Position numbers and translations under genes: made by a program. This document shows positions 59,860 through 64,000 of a stretch of 64,000 bases of DNA, piece by piece. The stretch comes from Aureliella sp. (GTDB taxonomy: Bacteria > Planctomycetota > Planctomycetia > Pirellulales > Pirellulaceae). Within the stretch, counting starts at the first letter, position 1; each line of letters begins with the position of its first letter. Under the pieces are notes generated by a model. The model had not been told where the DNA came from. It worked only from the letters and a program-made list of their open reading frames with translations, and ran no database searches. The stretch is from contig OY829846.1 in assembly GCA_963691875.1 (NCBI GenBank), positions 2,816,001-2,880,000 of the forward strand, in the 5' to 3' direction.

Positions 59860-60790
59860 TTAATCATCGACACGCAGTACTTCCTGCCCTTGAATGGAGC
59901 CCATCGCACGATGGATTTCGATATCCAGTTCATAGGCAATCGATCGAACTGAGCCATCGGCCAGAGCCGCATTCCAATTGGTGAAATGCGCACTTCCGAA
60001 ATCGTGGCAATTCAAACAGCTCTTTGGCCGATCCGCCTGCGGCGACCTCGCGGTAAACCTTACGAAACCATTGGTTGCTGTACTGCGACCTACCTATCCG
60101 AGCACAGGCCCTCGATCACCAAAATCCGTGCCGTCATGGTAGCTTTCGGAGTCCATCCCTTTCTCGCCAATCAAATAAGTGTTGCTGAGGCCATCGATCA
60201 CGTCGCGAATCTTGGTCGACTTACCCATCCGCCAAATCCTGTCTTCTTTGACATTGATTAGCACGGTATTTTCACCCGTAACAGCATAGCCACCATTCAT
60301 TGCATAGTCTGATCTCGCTGCTTTTCACCGTACCTTTGACGAAACGCATTGATAATGGAGTAAGCGAGCATCGCCCTTCTAGTAGGGCAATGCAAGACAT
60401 TGAGTGGCGTTTGTAGCGCCTGATTCAGTGCATCGTCCATGACTACTTCGCGCGCAGCCCCGAGCTCGCCCCACGGCTCGGCAAGTGCACGCTGTTCAAG
60501 AAATGGAAGACATTTGGCGAGCCAGTTCCAGCCGCGCATCTCCTCTCGCCGTCTGCGGCTTTCAAACAACACCAAGAAAGGGTCTGACTCACCGGCGTAT
60601 CCCGGAAAACAACGATTCGCAGATTCATAATTATGTGCTGCCAGCACGAGCTGCTTGATATTGTTGCGACACTGGACTTGCCTTGCTGCTTCTCGCGCAG
60701 CCTATAAAGCAGGCTGACCAAAATCCCAATGATGGCGATAACAACTAAAAGTTCGACAAGGTTGAATGCGTTGCGACGAGAAAATGGCAT
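59860..60790 (-). pseudogene. DUF1559 prepilin-like protein, disrupted
   Basis: AFNLVELLVVIAIIGILVSLL; AAHNYES; CPTR; DGLSNTYLIGEK; C-terminal FGSAH...ADGSVR (H-X9-DG). Two frameshifts and an in-frame TAG at 60094. Confidence 0.85.
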
Positions 60791-61040
60791 GACAAACTCG
60801 GGCGATCAGAAGAGAAGAGTGATAAGTCAATTGTCAATCTTGCGGTGAACAGAGGCAGCTTCACCGCCCATGTCACCGGACCCGTAATGTATCAGTTTCG
60901 AGTCTGGCGGCAGACTTTTTGTCGCACGACCTTTCAGGCGGCTTTGCTAAAGCAGGAGTACAGGGATACTTGTCAAACTTCCCATGTTAGGAGAGGCTAT
61001 TTCGACGGAACTGCGTCGAACTCTCTTGAATGACAACGTC

Positions 61041-61772
61041 ATGACATCTCTCCGCGTCACGATCTGGAACGAATTCTTGCACGAGAAGTCGAACGAGGAA
61101 GTGCGAGCAATCTACCCCGATGGCATGCACACGGTCATCGGCCAAGCCTTAAAAGAACACCTTGGCAAGCAAGTCCAGGTACGGCACGCCACACTTGTAG
61201 AGCCAGAGCATGGACTGACGGACGAGGTACTCATGGAAACGGACGTCATGTTCTGGTGGGGACACATGGCCCACGATCAAGTGCGAGACGAGATCGTTGA
61301 CAAGTTACACCGCCGGGTGTTATCGGGAATGGGTCTAGTGGTTTTGCACAGCGGCCACTACGCCAAAATCTTTCGGCGTCTAATGGGCACCGAGTGCATG
61401 TTGCGTTGGCGCGAGGCAGGTGAGAAAGAACGACTCTGGATTACCGCTCCGGGGCATCCTATCTTGACCGGGATTGACGGCGACTACTTCGAACTGCCTC
61501 AAGCCGAGATGTACGGCGAGCATTTTGACATTCCAGAGCCCGATGAACTCATTCTGATGAGCTGGTTCGCAGGTGGCGAAGTCTTCCGCAGCGGCTGCAC
61601 TTTTCGGCGAGGCCAAGGTAAGATCTTTTACTTCCGACCAGGCCACGAAACGTATCCTATTTATTTTGACCCGAATGTTCGCCGGATCTTGGCAAACGCT
61701 GCCCGTTGGGCCAAGAGCTCTGGTGGCAACTATCAACTCGATGCGAGACACATCCCCACCCCCATTGTGTGA
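61041..61772 (+). CDS. ThuA-like (trehalose utilisation / class I GATase-like) protein
   Basis: [33 protein letters not shown] and FRPGHETYP. Confidence 0.9.
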   Translation: MTSLRVTIWNEFLHEKSNEEVRAIYPDGMHTVIGQALKEHLGKQVQVRHATLVEPEHGLTDEVLMETDVMFWWGHMAHDQVRDEIVDKLHRRVLSGMGLVVLHSGHYAKIFRRLMGTECMLRWREAGEKERLWITAPGHPILTGIDGDYFELPQAEMYGEHFDIPEPDELILMSWFAGGEVFRSGCTFRRGQGKIFYFRPGHETYPIYFDPNVRRILANAARWAKSSGGNYQLDARHIPTPIV

Positions 61773-61994
61773 GCAATCCTAACACACACAAATACGTCGG
61801 TGCAAGCAATTTCGGCAATTGCCGCCGGCTCTCCCGTTCGTCGTCTGAATCAATTCGGAATGACCACAAAACCTGCCCGACGACTTAGGGCGATACGGCT
61901 CACCTAAACCAACGCTCAATTAATCACGGCCTAGCCGACCGGCCTGTAGAGGACTCGCTTGAGCCTCCTGCCCTTTTGCGAAGCATTAAATTAC

Positions 61995-62353
61995 TCAGCC
62001 ATTCTTTTTTTGCGCCGCAAAGCTAATGCGATCCTTCTTAGCGATAGAAATATTCAAGACTTCAAGTAATGCAATTCCATGGTGCTGCAATTGTGCTTTG
62101 GGAATCAAAGACCATCTACGCCGTGATTCATCACTTTTGGAATTCCACCAGAATCGCGCGCTAATACAATTCGGCCACAAGCCTTCGACTCAACTACCGA
62201 GTTCGGCAAGCCATCCGACACAGATGGCTGCATCGAGACATCACAGGCTTGCGAGTGTCGCGATACTTTGTCAGGTGATTCGAGCGTAGCCGGCCCGCTG
62301 ATTGGCCCCTTACCGACATGCGGATCACGGCTCCGTGAGGTTCGACGAAGCAT
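61995..62353 (-). pseudogene. Glycosyltransferase family 4 (GT-B) C-terminal fragment
   Basis: CDVSMQPSVSDGLPNSVVESKACGRIVLARDSGGIPKVMNHGVDG resembles the GT4 consensus EGLPxxxxEAMACG..GGIPE; N-terminal domain absent. Confidence 0.65.
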
Positions 62354-62366
62354 ATTACGTGAAAAT

Positions 62367-62855
62367 TTACTCAGTTCGGCAGACCCACAAAGTCAGTGTT
62401 CGAAGACTAAAGGTCAACGCTGCAATGACGATCATCGCCGGAACTAGATACATGACTGAATAGGTGGAAACTAAGACTACCAAGCCAACCCAGGCGAAAG
62501 TCAAGAGACCTCCCAGTGGCGCGATGAGTCCAACGACGGTGATGCGTTTAAGAGTCGACAACTCGATATTCTTCGGGAGCAACAAAAGGCCCAACGCCAA
62601 AGTCGATACCGAGAATAGAAGGCCAATCACCAAAACGGTCGATTGCAAGAAAAGCGTCTGCGTTTTTAGTGGAATTAACAGACCTACAAAAGAGAAGAAT
62701 ACTCCCATTGTCAGCGGGAGTGTAAGGAGATCACTGATAGTCGCACGGGTTGGAAATGCCACGGTTGCTTCGTGATTTGTAAAGAACGGGGCGAAAATCA
62801 GCCAGCCAATTACTCCCGTCACCCCGAGGTAAGGTATCCCAAATATTTCCAGCAT
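62367..62855 (-). CDS. Hypothetical multi-pass membrane protein
   Basis: 162 aa, highly hydrophobic. Confidence 0.7.
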   Translation of the reverse strand: MLEIFGIPYLGVTGVIGWLIFAPFFTNHEATVAFPTRATISDLLTLPLTMGVFFSFVGLLIPLKTQTLFLQSTVLVIGLLFSVSTLALGLLLLPKNIELSTLKRITVVGLIAPLGGLLTFAWVGLVVLVSTYSVMYLVPAMIVIAALTFSLRTLTLWVCRTE

Positions 62856-63256
62856 TGACAGTCAGTCATCCAAGCCCCAAAACACACCCCAGTCGACGTA
62901 TCAGTGCGGTCTCGCTGGCAAGCTTGACCGCTAGCTCCACACCGTCTGGACGCTACTTCAGGGAATTATGGTCGGCAGACAAGTCTCCAGCATAGCGTTG
63001 TGTTTTCCTGTGGTGTTAGTTTCTGAGCCGGAATAGAGACCAGGAGTTCAACAGCAACTTCGAACTAAAACATCCTAGCTCAGTATTCGAGAGATTATCG
63101 CCAAGGTCTTCGTGATCTACTTCTCTGGCCGGCTCGGCTTTCTTCGAGTATCTCGCGTGCACAATCGCGGCTTCGTGTTCTTAATACATCAGTGGGCTCT
63201 CCGTTCTCTCATTTAATGGGAGTATCCCCCTTCAGAATGCGATTTACTGATGCAAC

Positions 63257-64000
63257 TTATTGTTCCAAACGTTCGTCATCGGGTCTGATTTCCAAGCCTC
63301 GTTTCGCATAAATCAATGCTGTGTCGGTACGGCCGTTGTCTAGGAATGCCTGCGCCGTTTTTCGCAACAGCCAGGCCTTACCAGGGGTCGCTTCGTTATC
63401 GTACTCCATGAGTCGCAGGCCTTCTTCGATGCGGCGATCAGAAATGAGCTTTTCTGAGAGTTGCAGAAGGGACCCACCCCAGGCGGCTTTCTTGCCATTA
63501 CGCTCGAACCATGCAATCGCGGCCTCAGCTCCCTCTGAGTTGACAATCCAGTACAGCCTTTGGTCCTGGGGAAGCCGAGCCTTGCTTGCATGCGATACGG
63601 CTGTCCCGTGATGACGTGAATCAATTCTGTATTCAACCTCACTATGGCATTCCAAACGTCCGAACTACCGATGCGATCACCTTGATTGCAGATTATGACG
63701 ATGAATGCATCGTCCTCTACCAGTCGACTCTCCATCGCGCGAAAACCGTAAATCGCGCCGCCGTGGTTGACGACTTTGGTCTTTTGTTTCGTCAGGGGGT
63801 GGGTGCGCGAATAAATCTGCCAGCCGTAGCCGTAGATACTCCGTGACCTACCTCCTGCTGCCTTGACCTCGGGAACCTCGTTGTTAGGGCGAAACATTAG
63901 GTCGCGATATTGTTTGCCTAAGACCTGGCCGGTACACAAGGCGCGGTCCCACAAGAACATATCCTCGACCGTGGAGTAAATTGCCCCGGCTGCTACGGTA
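63257..64000 (-). pseudogene. Beta-lactamase-family serine hydrolase with a TPR-like tail; frameshifted near 63590; 5' end beyond the window
   Basis: AAGAIYSTVEDMFLWDRAL, YGYGW and NHGG; a TPR-like segment continues in another frame (63257-63655). Confidence 0.65.

Noticed and set aside
20397..60096. Genome-wide TAG reassignment (in-frame TAGs at 20397, 20910 and 60094)
   Set aside because: Many intact genes (fusA, selB, selA, folP, fumC) end in TAG at the expected C-terminus, and the internal TAGs appear to replace different residues.

Overview
A 64 kb chromosomal window from a Planctomycetota genome, probably Pirellulaceae-like. This is inferred from DUF1549/DUF1553, DUF1559 and PVC-type heme-binding proteins, a sulfatase, a PEP-CTERM protein and GTAG-type REP repeats. 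Housekeeping genes include fusA, folP, fumC, pgl, yacG, tsaE, a fabF-like synthase and an MnmC/MnmD-like methyltransferase. The main locus is a selenocysteine machinery cluster, selB-selA-selD, in which SelD is fused to an N-terminal FAD oxidoreductase domain. I found no selC tRNA in the window. The next gene (DUF5060, glycoside hydrolase-like) reads in one frame through three stops (TGA, TAG, TAG), and the TGA is followed by a hairpin with bacterial-SECIS-like geometry. Other notable items are a GC-rich structured ncRNA candidate at about 39.0 kb, a CX5R phosphatase/sulfurtransferase-cytochrome c' fusion, an M14+S9 double peptidase, two giant modular cytochrome proteins, a decayed IS3 element and several pseudogenes. 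I recognised no rRNA, tRNA or CRISPR array. All family calls come from motif recognition by eye, not database searches.
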